NCBI GenBank assembly: GCA_964519415.1
Contig: CAZFJM010000001.1
Span: 34,294 to 86,038, forward strand
DNA: 51,745 nucleotides
Direction of reading: 5' to 3'
Source of the DNA: Candidatus Woesearchaeota archaeon
Lineage (GTDB): Archaea > Nanobdellota > Nanobdellia > Pacearchaeales > GW2011-AR1
In this document: positions 51,690 to 51,745 of the stretch, piece by piece
Numbering within the stretch: position 1 is the first letter of the stretch
How the letters are laid out: each line of letters opens with the position of its first letter
Notes under the pieces: generated by a model
What the model was told of the DNA's origin: nothing
Databases searched by the model: none
What the model saw: the letters and a program-made list of their open reading frames with translations, nothing else
Translations under genes and position numbers: made by a program

Positions 51690-51709
51690 CAAGTTTATAA
51701 ATATTTATA
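51690..51709 (-). promoter_or_regulatory. 20-bp promoter repeat, copy 2
   Basis: Identical to 51441..51460. It starts 17 nt upstream of ATG 51672. Confidence 0.55.
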
Positions 51710-51745
51710 TACACAGGCACCTATCAATTTGTATGCAACAATATA

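Noticed and set aside
51423-51720. N-terminal extensions of the last two ORFs as given in the track (starts at 51443 and 51720)
   Set aside because: The 51443 start is a TTG. The first 16 residues of the 51720 ORF (MPVYINIYKLAKVLTL) are a translation of the duplicated promoter sequence. Internal ATGs at 51422 and 51672 fit the leaderless spacing.
1-51745. Alternative genetic code (stop-codon reassignment), as seen in some candidate-phyla organisms
   Set aside because: Long ORFs, including the 2926-aa gene, are intact under the standard code. Genes end at all three stop codons (TAA, TAG and TGA all observed at precise operon junctions), so no recoding is needed.
1-51745. Transposases, integrases, prophage genes, restriction-modification or known defence systems, rRNA genes
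   Set aside because: No ORF shows DDE, tyrosine- or serine-recombinase, capsid/terminase, methyltransferase or Cas-like motifs that I can recognise. The only mobile-looking signature is the direct-repeat-flanked Fic gene, which is reported as a finding.

Overview
AT-rich, very gene-dense 51.7-kb segment that reads as an archaeal chromosome, most plausibly a small-genome anaerobe of the DPANN type. That placement is an inference from four things: TATA-like TTTATAAA/TTTAAATA elements about 21-32 nt upstream of most operon-initial ATGs (leaderless mRNAs); ADP-forming acetyl-CoA synthetase plus 2-oxoacid:ferredoxin oxidoreductase; KaiC-like ATPases; and a giant surface protein rich in N-glycosylation sequons. 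The standard genetic code fits. I saw no rRNA, CRISPR array, transposase or integrase. Every convincing gene from 1 to about 33.8 kb except two small plus-strand ORFs near 31.6-32.0 kb is on the minus strand, in tight operons with 1- or 4-nt start/stop overlaps. Content in order: (1) an NAD salvage plus ADP-ribose recycling operon (PncB, PncA, NadE, Nudix-like, truncated ADP-ribosylglycohydrolase). (2) A cell-surface island: a 2926-aa modular surface protein with about 0.84-kb tandem supermodules, a small paralog of its anchor region, a P-type ATPase and a GLUG-repeat surface protein. (3) An ~11-kb sensory supercluster: membrane-anchored sugar-binding-type SBP, HAMP histidine kinase, six-PAS protein, two CheY + P-loop-less KaiC-like pairs, a 7TM protein, a third P-loop-less KaiC-like protein, three tandem small membrane paralogs, and a hemerythrin-KaiC fusion ATPase. 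(4) Small redox and membrane genes, a GNAT and a patatin. (5) A beta-CASP RNase, a class-II-type Fic gene flanked by 42-bp direct repeats, and an RGG/CxxC-x17-CxxC protein. (6) A MutS-like ATPase, a three-gene operon of unknown small proteins, a circularly permuted GTPase, YkgJ-type and AlkD-like proteins, and tRNA-Ser(GCU). (7) An MFS transporter and a minimal H-domain-only [FeFe]-hydrogenase-like protein convergent with a ferredoxin. (8) An ACD-alpha/OFOR operon interrupted by a GNAT and a tiny membrane protein. (9) Two orphan small ORFs with identical 20-bp promoters. The best candidates for undescribed biology are the KaiC-centred sensory supercluster (19744..30588), the giant adhesin with its anchor paralog, the minimal hydrogenase-like gene, the Fic cassette and the small-protein trio at 39817..40600. 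All functional calls come from motif recognition by eye; no searches were run.
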